NCBI GenBank assembly: GCA_030612025.1
Contig: JAUWOR010000003.1
Location: forward strand, 101,492 to 165,491
Direction: 5' to 3'
Origin: Dehalococcoidia bacterium
GTDB taxonomy: Bacteria; Chloroflexota; Dehalococcoidia; GIF9; AB-539-J10
DNA length: 64,000 nucleotides
The notes beneath the pieces were generated by a model. The model saw only the letters and a program-made list of their open reading frames with translations, ran no database searches and had not been told where the DNA came from. The position numbers and the translations under genes are program-made. This document shows, piece after piece, positions 18,994 through 28,770 of the stretch (positions within the stretch are counted from its first letter, which is position 1; each line of letters starts with the position of its first letter).

Positions 18994-19734
18994 ATGATCT
19001 ATCCTGAGACGCGATATCCGATAGCTGGCGATCAAAATATGGTAGTAGAATTTGGTGACGAGATCGATATAACTCTTAACCAGAAAGTACATAGTATGGT
19101 TTCGGCTATAAAACGGGCGGAAATTGCTGGCATCAGAGAATTGATACCTACCTACCGTTCTATTTTAATAAATTACGAGCCATCTATTATTAGTTTCGCA
19201 ACTTTACAAGACAAGTTAAAGGCTCTGGAGAATAGGCTGGATTTCTCATCTTTGCCTTCACCCAGAGAGGTGGAGATTCCCATTGTTTATGGTTATGGCG
19301 AGCCATATAAGTCAGATATAGAGTTCGTTGCACAATACAACGGGCTTGGTTCAGTGCAAGAAGTGATAGAGATCTTTACCAGTGGAGACTACCTAGTCTA
19401 CATGCTCGGATTTTTACCCGGGTTTGCTTACTTTGGTGGGATGTCAGAGAAGATAGCTACGCCACGGCTGGATAAGCCACGAATTAGTGTCCCAGCTGGC
19501 TCTGTAGGCATGGGCGGCAAACAGAGTGGCATTCTTCCACTTGACAGCCCTAGTGGCTGGAGATATATCGGCCGTACCCCACTTAAATTGTTTGACCCAT
19601 CCTGGCAGCCACCAACGCTACTCAGAGCAGGGGACAAGGTGCGCTTCGTCCCGATTAGCCCCGAGCAATATGAACATATTTCGCCAAAGGTAAAGGAGGG
19701 CACATTCAAGGTAAAAGTTACATCGGAATCTTGA
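18994..19734 (+). CDS. pxpB: 5-oxoprolinase subunit B (KipI/AHS1)
   Basis: IPTYRS, GFLPGFAY, PRLDKPR, PAGSVG, SPSGW. Confidence 0.93.
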   Translation: MIYPETRYPIAGDQNMVVEFGDEIDITLNQKVHSMVSAIKRAEIAGIRELIPTYRSILINYEPSIISFATLQDKLKALENRLDFSSLPSPREVEIPIVYGYGEPYKSDIEFVAQYNGLGSVQEVIEIFTSGDYLVYMLGFLPGFAYFGGMSEKIATPRLDKPRISVPAGSVGMGGKQSGILPLDSPSGWRYIGRTPLKLFDPSWQPPTLLRAGDKVRFVPISPEQYEHISPKVKEGTFKVKVTSES

Positions 19735-19738
19735 GGTA

Positions 19739-20698
19739 ATGGAGTCAATCAGGGAAGTATTCGAGGTGCTTTGGCCTGGACCGCTTGCTACTATACAGGA
19801 TCTAGGGCGATTTGGCTATCAGCAATATGGCGTGCCAGTCTCTGGCGCTATGGACGGGTTGGCACTGCGTATAGCTAACCGTTTGTTAGACAATGATGAA
19901 TGTGCTGCAGGCTTAGAATGCACCCTTTTGGGACCAAAGTTGAAGTTTTTAAACGATACCCCGATAGCCATTACTGGCGGCGACCTGGCCCCTTTACTCA
20001 ACAACCATCCCCTTCCCCTGTGGGAAGTCGTGCAAGTACAAAAAGGAGATATACTTTCCTGGCGCGGCATGCGTAACGGTTGCCGTGCTTATCTTTCAAT
20101 AGTCGGTGGTATAGATGTCCCCGTGGTGTTAGGCAGCAGGTCGACTTATTTACGTTCTAGAATTGGCGGGCTGGAGGGTCGTGCCCTCAGAACTGGTGAT
20201 GTGTTAAAAAACGTTCCTGTTAGCAGTGAAAAGCTGGAGCACCTTATTGGCAGAAAGATTCCCAAAGAACTGATCCCGGAATACAAAAGTTTTGAGGAAA
20301 TCAGGGTAATACTTGGCCCCCAGGCCGATCACTTCCCTGAAGAGAGCATCGCTACCTTTCTTAATAGTGAGTATGCTATTACACCTGAATCTGATAGAAT
20401 GGGATATAGATTGGACGGTCCAGAGATAAAGCATAAAGGTAAGGCAGATATTATAAGTGATGGTATTCCTTTGGGTGCTGTTCAGGTACCAGGAAATTGT
20501 AAACCGATCGTGCTGATGGTTGACAGGCAGACGACTGGTGGATACACCAAAATAGCTACCGTAATCACACCTGACATCTCCAAGCTTGGGCAGATGAAGC
20601 CAGGTGATAAAATTCGATTCCGTGAAGTGAGTCTAGCACAGGGACATCAACTATTGAATGCTTTTCAAAAGATGATTGACCAGATAAAGTTCAAGTGA
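19739..20698 (+). CDS. pxpC: 5-oxoprolinase subunit C (KipA/AHS2)
   Basis: QDLGRFG, GVPVSGAMD, GSRST, SDRMGYRL, DRQTTGGYTKI. Confidence 0.93.
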   Translation: MESIREVFEVLWPGPLATIQDLGRFGYQQYGVPVSGAMDGLALRIANRLLDNDECAAGLECTLLGPKLKFLNDTPIAITGGDLAPLLNNHPLPLWEVVQVQKGDILSWRGMRNGCRAYLSIVGGIDVPVVLGSRSTYLRSRIGGLEGRALRTGDVLKNVPVSSEKLEHLIGRKIPKELIPEYKSFEEIRVILGPQADHFPEESIATFLNSEYAITPESDRMGYRLDGPEIKHKGKADIISDGIPLGAVQVPGNCKPIVLMVDRQTTGGYTKIATVITPDISKLGQMKPGDKIRFREVSLAQGHQLLNAFQKMIDQIKFK

Positions 20699-20840
20699 TG
20701 GAACCTGGTTAAGTAAAGCGACGTTACCGCATACTACCCCTGATGAAGAGTTATGTGGTATTTTACGGTCTCTTTGTATTGATTTAACATGTTGCCCATG
20801 ATATGATGTGATGCTTTAATGAATTTCTAAATGTTTAAAA

Positions 20841-21878
20841 ATGGCCACAGAGAAGGGAAAAGCAGTAGAATTAGCCATTGAGCAGATTGAAAGGCAATTT
20901 GGCAGAGGCTCAATTATGAGGTTGGGTGAAGCCTCAGCCAGGATGCCAACAGAGGTTATTCCTACCGGGTCATTGAGTTTAGATTTAGCTTTAGGCATAG
21001 GTGGCATACCTAGAGGCAGAGTTACCGAAATCTTTGGCTCGGAGGCCTCAGGCAAAACTACGCTCGGCCAGCATATAATCGCTGAAGCGCAGCGGGCTGG
21101 CGGCATTGCGGCTTATATAGATGTTGAGCACGCCCTCGATCCAGCATACGCTGCTAACTGTGGCGTGCAAGTTGATGACATGCTTATCTCCCAGCCCGAT
21201 ACTGGTGAGCAAGCTTTGGAGATTACTGAGACTCTGGTAAGAAGCGGCGCTGTAGATGTGATAGTCATCGATAGCGTAGCCGCTTTAGTGCCCAGAGCGG
21301 AGATAGAAGGCGAGATGGGCGATGCCCACGTTGGCTTGCAGGCTCGGCTGATGTCCCAGGCGTTAAGAAAATTGACCGCCGCTATCGGCAGGTCTAGAAC
21401 AGCAGTAATCTTTATTAATCAGTTACGGGAGAAAGTGGGCATCGTTTTTGGCAACCCCGAGGTAACCCCAGGGGGAAGAGCACTCAAATTCTATAGCTCC
21501 GTGAGGATAGATTTAAGGCGAGGTGATACCATTAAACAGGGCTCGGAAATAATAGGCGCCAAGGTAAGAGCCAGAGTGGTCAAGAATAAGGTAGCACCTC
21601 CTTTTCGCAGAGCCGAATTCGACATAATGTTTAATCAGGGCATAAGCAAAGAAGGGGATTTGATTGACCTTGGAGCGGCAGCAGGGATAGTGAAGAAAGC
21701 TGGCTCATTCTTTACTTATGGAGAGGCAAAATTAGGGCAAGGGAGAGAAAATGCCAAAGATTACTTGAGGCAGCACCCGGAGGTCGCTTCGCAATTAGAA
21801 CGTGAAATCAGAGCTTCAACAGTTATCCCCACCATCCCTCTTAGACAGGGTGTAGAGGCCCCTCCTCAGGGGCAATAA
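20841..21878 (+). CDS. recA: Recombinase RecA
   Basis: Walker [42 protein letters not shown]. Confidence 0.99.
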   Translation: MATEKGKAVELAIEQIERQFGRGSIMRLGEASARMPTEVIPTGSLSLDLALGIGGIPRGRVTEIFGSEASGKTTLGQHIIAEAQRAGGIAAYIDVEHALDPAYAANCGVQVDDMLISQPDTGEQALEITETLVRSGAVDVIVIDSVAALVPRAEIEGEMGDAHVGLQARLMSQALRKLTAAIGRSRTAVIFINQLREKVGIVFGNPEVTPGGRALKFYSSVRIDLRRGDTIKQGSEIIGAKVRARVVKNKVAPPFRRAEFDIMFNQGISKEGDLIDLGAAAGIVKKAGSFFTYGEAKLGQGRENAKDYLRQHPEVASQLEREIRASTVIPTIPLRQGVEAPPQGQ

Positions 21879-21900
21879 GGTTCAAACAGGAAACTGCCAG

Positions 21901-22374
21901 TTGCTAAATGACAGTGCCTTTCAACATTGCCTCGATGCCGCCTACCGCTACCTCAGCTATCGACCACGTAGTGAAGGGGAAATAAAGCAACGACTTCACC
22001 AGCGTGGCTTCGATACTGAAGTAGTGGAAAAAACAACCACCAAACTAAAGGAGCAAAAACTAATAGATGATTATGCCTTCGCTCAGTTTTGGAAGGACAA
22101 CCGGCTATCCTTTAAGCCTAAAAGCAAAAGATTAATAGAAGAGGAATTAGCCAATAAGAAAGTAGCTCGGGAAATTGTGGAACAGGTAACTAAGGACATA
22201 GATGATATGGATAACGCCTGTAAGTTAGGCCGTAGGAGGATGCATATCCTGGCTAAGCTAGATTACCCTGATTTTCAGCGACGCTTATCAAACTATCTCA
22301 GTTACCGTGGCTTCAGCTACGAAGTTATCAAACGTACAATAGCTCTTCTATGGCAACAAAAAGAACACTATTGA
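21901..22374 (+). CDS. recX: Regulatory protein RecX
   Basis: LSYRPRSEGE, IDDYAFA, YLSYRGFSY; directly follows recA. Confidence 0.9.
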   Translation: MLNDSAFQHCLDAAYRYLSYRPRSEGEIKQRLHQRGFDTEVVEKTTTKLKEQKLIDDYAFAQFWKDNRLSFKPKSKRLIEEELANKKVAREIVEQVTKDIDDMDNACKLGRRRMHILAKLDYPDFQRRLSNYLSYRGFSYEVIKRTIALLWQQKEHY

Positions 22375-22387
22375 ATTAGTCATTAAG

Positions 22388-22525
22388 ATGATTGACTGGG
22401 GCTTTATAGCAAAACTTACTGGTGGTGGTTTTGGAGTAACCATCTTGGTATTGGCAATTTTGACTATAGTAATATGGCTAGTGGGGTTTCTAGTTCAGAG
22501 AATCGCTACAAGGCATAAGGAGTAA
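22388..22525 (+). CDS. oadG: OadG-like single-TM subunit (45 aa, not in the ORF track)
   Basis: MIDWGFIAKLTGGGFGVTILVLAILTIVIWLVGFLVQRIATRHKE*, directly upstream of the oadB-like gene. Confidence 0.7.
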   Translation: MIDWGFIAKLTGGGFGVTILVLAILTIVIWLVGFLVQRIATRHKE

Positions 22526-22563
22526 TGTCATGGCTAGCCCATTCGATTTAGGAGCAAGTTAAG

Positions 22564-23772
22564 ATGTTCGGTTTATATGAGATGGCTTTTGCTGGACTCA
22601 CCTGGGGTAACATCCTGATGTTCTGTCTTGCCGGTACAATGATTTATCTTGGCATCGTCAAGAAAATGGAGCCCCTTCTACTAGTACCCATTGGCTTTGG
22701 CATAATATTGGTCAATGTGCCTTTCGCTGGATTGATGACTCACGCACAACCAACAGAGCTTGGTGCCGTGCCAATGCCAATGGAGGTACAGGGCGGGTTG
22801 ACGGAAATAATGAGGGCGATGTCCAAGGGAGAAGTTGGGGTATTAAACTTGATATATCAGTTCGGGATACAAAGTGAAATAATTCCTCTGCTTATGTTCC
22901 TTTGCATCGGGGCGATGGCTGATTTCTCCCCATGCATAGCTCGCCCTATATATCTTCTATTCGGTGCTGCGACTCAGCTAGGAGTTTTTGTTGTTCTCAT
23001 CCTTGCCTTGCTTACACAGCAATTTCAACTAGGAGAAGCTGCTTCTATTGGTATTATCGGGGGAGCTACCGGACCAGTGGCAGTTTATTTCGCGGTAGCT
23101 AAAGCTCCCCATCTGTTAGGCCCAATTGCATTAGTGGCTTATTCTTATATGGCTCTGGTCCCTATGATTCAGCCACCAGTAATAAAGGCGCTTACCTCAA
23201 AGAAACAGCGACAAATATATATGAAACCTCAGTTTCGCGAGGTTTCTAAGTTAGAGAAGATTATCTTTCCCATAGCAATCTTTATAGTCACTGCTCTCTT
23301 CGTCCCCAAAGCAGCGCCCCTTATTGGCATGCTTATGTTTGGGAATTTACTTTATGTCTGCGGCGTTACTGATAGATTAGCCCAGTCAGCAAGCACTATA
23401 TTCGTCGATATACTGACAATTCTCTTAGCTTTGACTGTGGGATCCTTAATGCCAGCAGTGGTGTTCCTTAATATTAAAACTTTAGCCATCATTGTGTTAG
23501 CTGCGATAGCCTTCGTTATCTGCACTGCTGGGGGAATTTGGGCAGTGCAAATAGCCAACCTATTCTTGAAAGAGAAGATTAATCCACTAATTGGCGCCGC
23601 CGGTGTTTCCGCTATCCCGATGGCAGCCAGGGTAGCTCAAATAGAGGGACAAAAGGCAAACCCAAGAAACTTCTTGCTGATGCATGCTATGGGGCCCAAT
23701 ATGGCAGGTGCTATTGGTTGTTCAGTAGCCGCTGGTATCTTCTTGACTATGGTTCCAGCTACTATATTATAG
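22564..23772 (+). CDS. oadB: Na+-translocating decarboxylase beta subunit (OadB/GcdB/MmdB family)
   Basis: EPLLLVPIGFG, AYSYMALVPMIQPP, NPLIGAAGVSAIPMAAR, HAMGPN. Confidence 0.9.
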   Translation: MFGLYEMAFAGLTWGNILMFCLAGTMIYLGIVKKMEPLLLVPIGFGIILVNVPFAGLMTHAQPTELGAVPMPMEVQGGLTEIMRAMSKGEVGVLNLIYQFGIQSEIIPLLMFLCIGAMADFSPCIARPIYLLFGAATQLGVFVVLILALLTQQFQLGEAASIGIIGGATGPVAVYFAVAKAPHLLGPIALVAYSYMALVPMIQPPVIKALTSKKQRQIYMKPQFREVSKLEKIIFPIAIFIVTALFVPKAAPLIGMLMFGNLLYVCGVTDRLAQSASTIFVDILTILLALTVGSLMPAVVFLNIKTLAIIVLAAIAFVICTAGGIWAVQIANLFLKEKINPLIGAAGVSAIPMAARVAQIEGQKANPRNFLLMHAMGPNMAGAIGCSVAAGIFLTMVPATIL

Positions 23773-23808
23773 TGGAATAACTGAACAAGCCTGCCTTAAC
23801 TTGTTACC

Positions 23809-23837
23809 TTGACATCTGTCTGCTGAAAAACTATATT
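23809..23837 (+). promoter_or_regulatory. Sigma70-type promoter of tRNA-Ile
   Basis: TTGACA-17 nt-TATATT just upstream of the tRNA. Confidence 0.7.
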
Positions 23838-23846
23838 TTAACTAAA

Positions 23847-23923
23847 GGGCCATTAGCTCAGTTGGTTAGAGCACAGTCCTGATAAGACTGGGGTCTGTGG
23901 TTCGAGTCCACAATGGCCCACCA
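23847..23923 (+). tRNA. tRNA-Ile(GAT)
   Basis: Acceptor stem GGGCCAT/ATGGCCC, anticodon arm CAGTC-CTGATAA-GACTG, GTTCGAGTC, encoded CCA. Confidence 0.97.
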
Positions 23924-24126
23924 TTAAGGGAGTAATATTACCTAAATCCAACATCAAATCATGTGTCTGTTTAGAAATACATTTCGTCATTGGGTGTAAT
24001 TAGTGGACGCTGGAATTCGACTTTCTCATCCGTAATTGTCCATCGTTCGTGCTCACTCGCACGTCCCAATCATAAGCGAGTTGCCATGACTTCTCAGTCT
24101 CATCTTGTTTCAGAAGAGACTCTCAT

Positions 24127-24155
24127 TTGACAAAAAACTCCCTTTAATGTACACT
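24127..24155 (+). promoter_or_regulatory. Sigma70-type promoter giving a ~110-nt leader to the zinc-ribbon gene
   Basis: TTGACA-17 nt-TACACT. Confidence 0.65.
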
Positions 24156-24269
24156 ACACACAGTCAGTTATAGTTTAGGTTATTACAAGCTTTTTCAGAT
24201 CACTTCAGATTCGTCGAGTATTGGATGACCAAACCCTAACTAGAAATTTAGAAGAAAGGAGGTCATCCA

Positions 24270-24458
24270 ATGAGTTTTCAGGATAAATCAATCCAATGTT
24301 CCGATTGCGAGCAGCAGTTTACCTTTACTGCTGGAGAACAAGAGTTCTATTCATCTCGTGGCCTGCAGAACGAACCTAAGCGTTGTCCCAGTTGCCGCCA
24401 AGCAAGGAAGGCACAGCGCAGTGGAAGTGGTAGCTACAACCATACATCACGGTATTAA
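24270..24458 (+). CDS. Zinc-ribbon (zf-trcl-like) protein, apparently truncated before its CxxC-x17-CxxC domain
   Basis: FQDKSIQCSDC...FTAGEQEFY...NEPKRCPSCR; SD aaggagg. Confidence 0.85.
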   Translation: MSFQDKSIQCSDCEQQFTFTAGEQEFYSSRGLQNEPKRCPSCRQARKAQRSGSGSYNHTSRY

Positions 24459-24574
24459 ACCTTCCGGGTATTTATGCTCGGTGTAGCATACAAGACAAAG
24501 TCCCCTTCAAGTTTGACAAGAAGAGACTGATGTTATGTATTGATTGCTACCGTGAAGTCAGAACGGGTAGATAA
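24459..24574 (+). pseudogene. Degenerate CxxC-x17-CxxC C-terminal domain after the premature stop
   Basis: Shifted frame reads IYARCSIQDKVPFKFDKKRLMLCIDCYREVRTGR*. Confidence 0.6.
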
Positions 24575-24586
24575 ACTGGTTTGAGA

Positions 24587-24634
24587 CTATGGACATACAT
24601 GGGCCGAGAATAATTGGCCCGTGTATGTCCACAG
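24587..24634 (+). terminator. Long hairpin downstream of the zinc-ribbon gene
   Basis: ctatggacatacatgggcc / ggcccgtgtatgtccacag. Confidence 0.6.
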
Positions 24635-24795
24635 TGTGCTGGTGTATTATGTCGTTGCAAGTCTCGATACATGAAAGTTAAGACAGCGTCAGGGTAATGC
24701 CCCGGAGTGCACTAGAAAGTAGATAGTGGGATACTGCTTATGTTGGCGACAAACAAGCAGTAAGATTAAGTAATTTAATAAAGGAGGGTTCTAAT

Positions 24796-25137
24796 ATGAG
24801 AATCTACGCGGCTAACTTATCCTATGATATGACAGAAGAGGAATTACGGCAGGAATTCCTGGCTTACGGAGAAGTGACATCTGTAAGCATCCTGATTGAC
24901 AGGTTCAGTGGGCAACCCAAGGGATTTGGCTTTGTTGAAATGGCCTCAAAGTCTGAGGCCGAAGCTGCAATCACGGGCCTTAACGGGAAAACACTAAAAG
25001 AGCGGACAATTGTGGTTAATGAAGCTCGTCCTCGGACAGACAACAGAGGCGGTGGGTCATATGGTGACAGAAGGGGAGGTGGCTACAACGGTGGTAGAGG
25101 TGGTAAATCCGGGGGAGGAAGACAGCGAAGATATTAG
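24796..25137 (+). CDS. RRM RNA-binding protein with Gly-rich tail
   Basis: RNP2 IYAANL, RNP1 KGFGFVEM, VNEARPR, RGG tail. Confidence 0.95.
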   Translation: MRIYAANLSYDMTEEELRQEFLAYGEVTSVSILIDRFSGQPKGFGFVEMASKSEAEAAITGLNGKTLKERTIVVNEARPRTDNRGGGSYGDRRGGGYNGGRGGKSGGGRQRRY

Positions 25138-25198
25138 GAATAAGTTACATCACTTGCCATAAGTTGGAGACGCATAACTTTATAATAGAGGAGATTTA

Positions 25199-26404
25199 GT
25201 GAATTTCGAAACCTTTAATTTTCATCCGAGCATCATGGCTGGGGTGCGGGCGCTTGGTTATACCACACCCACACCCATCCAGCTTCAATCAATTCCTCCA
25301 ATCATGCGGGGACGTGATGTCATCGGTCTGGCACAGACCGGAACCGGCAAAACTGCTGCTTTTGCTCTGCCAATCTTACAGCGCCTACTGCAGGCTCCGA
25401 GGTGCCAGGTCGGTGCTGCCATAATCTCACCCACGCGTGAATTGGCTGAGCAAACGTGCGAGACATTCAGTGAATTAGGACAGCAAACTGGGCTGCAGAG
25501 TATCGCCATTTATGGTGGGGTGGATATTAACCAACAAATCTGGGGAATGCGAAGTGGGGTCGAAATAGTTGTTGCCTGCCCAGGCCGCCTGATAGACCAC
25601 CTTTGGAGGGGCACAATCGATTTATCAAATCTGGAAGTTCTTGTAATCGACGAGGCGGACCGGATGTTTGATATGGGCTTTTTACCTGATATCCGTAGTA
25701 TTTTAAGGTGCCTGCTAAAGCCGCGACAGACACTGCTGTTCTCGGCCACTATGCCTGACGATATCCGGCGTCTGGTGCAAGATATCCTGCATTATCCGGT
25801 CACCGTGCAAATCGGCCACACAGTACCGGCAACCACGGTGTCACACGCGTTGTACCCGGTTAAGCAACACCTCAAAACTGCATTGCTGATAGAACTCTTA
25901 CGCCATACTGAAACAGAGTCGGTACTTGTCTTTACGCGTACCAAGCATCGTACCGAGCGCGTTGCACAGCAGCTTAAAAAAGCGAGCTTCAAAGCAACCG
26001 ACCTGCAAGGCAATCTGTCTCAGTACAGGCGTCAGGCTGCGCTTGATGGCTTCCGTACTGGCTTGTTTAAGATTCTGGTGGCAACTGACATTGCCGCCCG
26101 CGGCATTGACGTTTTGCGTATTTCGCACGTCATTAATTACGATATGCCCGACGGCGTGGATGCCTACACTAATCGCATCGGCCGCACGGGACGGGTTAAC
26201 AAAAACGGTAAAGCATTAACATTTGTGACAAGCGCAGACGCAGCCATGGTGCACGCTCTTGAACATGTTCTCAACGCGACTCTGGAGCGCCGGACGCTGC
26301 AAGGCTTTGATTACGCGGTGCCTGCACCAAACAGCGAATGCATCCGCTCTCCACGCCAATCACTGCGACGCACAGTACGAAATCAGCGGGTTGCTAACCA
26401 ATAA
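25199..26404 (+). CDS. DEAD-box RNA helicase (RhlE-like)
   Basis: Q motif, AQTGTGKT, PTRELA, DEAD, SAT, TDIAARGID, NRIGRTGR. Confidence 0.95.
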   Translation: MNFETFNFHPSIMAGVRALGYTTPTPIQLQSIPPIMRGRDVIGLAQTGTGKTAAFALPILQRLLQAPRCQVGAAIISPTRELAEQTCETFSELGQQTGLQSIAIYGGVDINQQIWGMRSGVEIVVACPGRLIDHLWRGTIDLSNLEVLVIDEADRMFDMGFLPDIRSILRCLLKPRQTLLFSATMPDDIRRLVQDILHYPVTVQIGHTVPATTVSHALYPVKQHLKTALLIELLRHTETESVLVFTRTKHRTERVAQQLKKASFKATDLQGNLSQYRRQAALDGFRTGLFKILVATDIAARGIDVLRISHVINYDMPDGVDAYTNRIGRTGRVNKNGKALTFVTSADAAMVHALEHVLNATLERRTLQGFDYAVPAPNSECIRSPRQSLRRTVRNQRVANQ

Positions 26405-26437
26405 GCCAAAAGGTGCAGTTCGCGTTTCTTAATTTGT

Positions 26438-27268
26438 TCAGTCAATCACATGAGGAAAGTATCGCTCAGCAAGATATAATATGTAGCCTTCAGCCACACC
26501 ATGGCATTCTCGAATGGCAGCGAAGAGCTCTTGATAAGTCATATCAAGAAAAGTCACTTCATCTCCTACACACAGCTTGAATTCCTCTAATTCGTTACGA
26601 TGATTGTTTGCCTCCTCTGAGGGTACCTCATACCATAAGTAGAGAAGCTCAAAACCAGTGGGGCCAAAGGCATAGGCTAACCCTAATATATGTTTAAGCA
26701 GTTGGGGTACATCCAAATAGGTGAAGCTTGTCCTTGCTTGTTCTTCTTCACGAATATGCTTTACGAGTTTTTCGCATCTGGGAAGTCGTGTCCATAGGCC
26801 GGGTACATTAAGATACTTATCTTTAATCGTTCTTTTAGTATGGCGATGATATGGTTCAGTAAATTTCGATTCTATTGCAAGTGGCTTCAGCTTATTCCTG
26901 GAGAACTCTACATCAAGATGAGGAGGAATTCCCCCCAAAGGAGTCGGACGGGTTTGCTCAAAGTGCATCTCCGTCATTCCTTGAGGAGCGTCACAGGCTG
27001 AAGCAATATCACTAACATCTTGATTTACCCAATATTGAAAGACGTTGACCACGAGAGTTGAGGAGGAGTGTAGCGCCTGCATCTTCCCTCTTTTCCCATC
27101 ACTTCCTAGCTCGTCTCCCTTGCCAGATTGAAATTCCTTTTTCACCTCTGGCAAAAGTGGTAGGAATAAGTTGTCATTTAGAGAAAACGTATAACCATCT
27201 TTGTCAAATTTAATTCCTCGTTGGCGTGCCCAAGCCTGTTGCTGATTGCAGATTAACCTATATATCAT
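26438..27268 (-). CDS. Putative PD-(D/E)XK restriction-endonuclease-like protein (PGN_0703-like)
   Basis: LHSSS.LVVNVF, PHLDV...AIESKFTEPY, QLLKH motifs. Confidence 0.65.
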   Translation of the reverse strand: MIYRLICNQQQAWARQRGIKFDKDGYTFSLNDNLFLPLLPEVKKEFQSGKGDELGSDGKRGKMQALHSSSTLVVNVFQYWVNQDVSDIASACDAPQGMTEMHFEQTRPTPLGGIPPHLDVEFSRNKLKPLAIESKFTEPYHRHTKRTIKDKYLNVPGLWTRLPRCEKLVKHIREEEQARTSFTYLDVPQLLKHILGLAYAFGPTGFELLYLWYEVPSEEANNHRNELEEFKLCVGDEVTFLDMTYQELFAAIRECHGVAEGYILYLAERYFPHVID

Positions 27269-27655
27269 AGACGTTTAAGCCACACCTTTCTCTCAAAATA
27301 GTATTGCTTACGAAGAAGCTAGCACTCATATCCTTTTAAATAAATCTCACTTCTGGATAGCCTACTAAGTATCACTTTACTGGCCGAGCTTAATTCTTTC
27401 AATGGCATGAGTGTCGTTAAACAGTTTATCTCATTGTCCAGTCTACAACCCTGCTGCGTAGCGGATGATGCCAGACCCAATAGACTTATGCTGTGGGTCT
27501 TGAGTGGGAAACAAGCAGTTGCTGCACGGCCGGAACAAGCTGCTTCTTCTCAAACAAAAGTTCGGGGACTGTTCATAATGGCTCACCAGGTGCAAAACAG
27601 GGAGGCTCATGAGCTGTTATCTTCTTTGTGTGAGGTATATCCCTAATAAAACAAT

Positions 27656-27787
27656 AGGCTGTTTAATTTTGATTTCTCATTCAATTCTGGGCATTTTGGA
27701 GATGTTTTACCCCCAAATTTTCGTAGTTGTCTGATTCATCAGGCCTTTTCGCCCAATAAATTGGGCACCTACATTTTTAATCAGCCT
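27656..27787. mobile_element. ~130-bp MITE-like element, copy 1
   Basis: Ends AGGCTGTTTAA...TTAATCAGCCT, internal GTAG...CTAC REP-like hairpins; colinear with 60515-60645. Confidence 0.75.
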
Positions 27788-28022
27788 CAACAAATGTATT
27801 TCCTTTTTCATAATCGAATCTAATCCCCCATATTGCTTTGCGTGGCGCCATGCCCACAAAGTGCAGAAATAGCAAGAATTAAGCCAAAATATGACCTTCT
27901 AGCCAGAATTCGGAGATATTCAACTCGGGAAAAGTGAAGTGGGAGGACTTGCTGGTGTATAATGAGTCTTAGAGGGGTGTGAATAACGTTGAAAGCCATT
28001 AACTCCCCTCGAGGAGAAGATT

Positions 28023-28604
28023 ATGGAAGATAGAGTTGCGATTTTCATAGATGGAAGTAATTTGTATCATGCTCTACAAAGTAATTTTAGGCGCCATAAC
28101 CTCAACTTTGCCGAGTTTGCTAATAAGCTCACTGGTTCGAGACACTTGTTCCGAACATACTATTACAACGTCTTGCAGGACCCAACCCGATGGCCTGAGG
28201 GCTACCGCGAACAACAGGAGTTCCTTGATATTCTCCGTAAGACGCCATATCTAGAGGTTCGACTAGGGAGTACCAAAATGGCTCAGGGTGTCCCTGTGGA
28301 AAAGGGCATAGATATTATGTTAGCCACAGATCTGCTACATTTCGCCTGGAATGGTCTTTACGATGTGGCAGTGCTGGTGAGCGGGGACTCTGACTTCGCT
28401 TACGCTCTTCAGGCGGTGAAGAACATGGGCAAGCATGTTGAGGTGGCTTATTTCGAAAGCAACGTATCTAAGGATCTCCTGGATGTAGCCGATAACCGGC
28501 ACCTGCTGAACCAAAACTTCTTTAAGGGCTTGTGGTCAGGTAAACGCCGTACCAAACGTAAAAGAGTAGGTGAAGTGGCAGGAAGGCAAACCCAGTCCGG
28601 GTAA
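28023..28604 (+). CDS. NYN domain protein (LabA/DUF88, PIN-like)
   Basis: IFIDGSNLY, EKGIDIMLATD, LVSGDSDF. Confidence 0.93.
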   Translation: MEDRVAIFIDGSNLYHALQSNFRRHNLNFAEFANKLTGSRHLFRTYYYNVLQDPTRWPEGYREQQEFLDILRKTPYLEVRLGSTKMAQGVPVEKGIDIMLATDLLHFAWNGLYDVAVLVSGDSDFAYALQAVKNMGKHVEVAYFESNVSKDLLDVADNRHLLNQNFFKGLWSGKRRTKRKRVGEVAGRQTQSG

Positions 28605-28770
28605 TAAGCAAGTCTCCTTAACAAACCCAGAATTTGAAAAACGGGTGCTGAAGTAACATCTCTTCTACTGAGCTTATAAGCTTGGTGTAGGTCACGATAG
28701 CTTGAATTTACCGAGTGAACTGAGTAGATTCAATATAGGTTTATTAAAGGCGACAAATTAAAGGGTAAGA

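Noticed and set aside
27407-27646. 79-aa ORF
   Set aside because: No SD or recognisable motif; likely spurious or a decayed fragment
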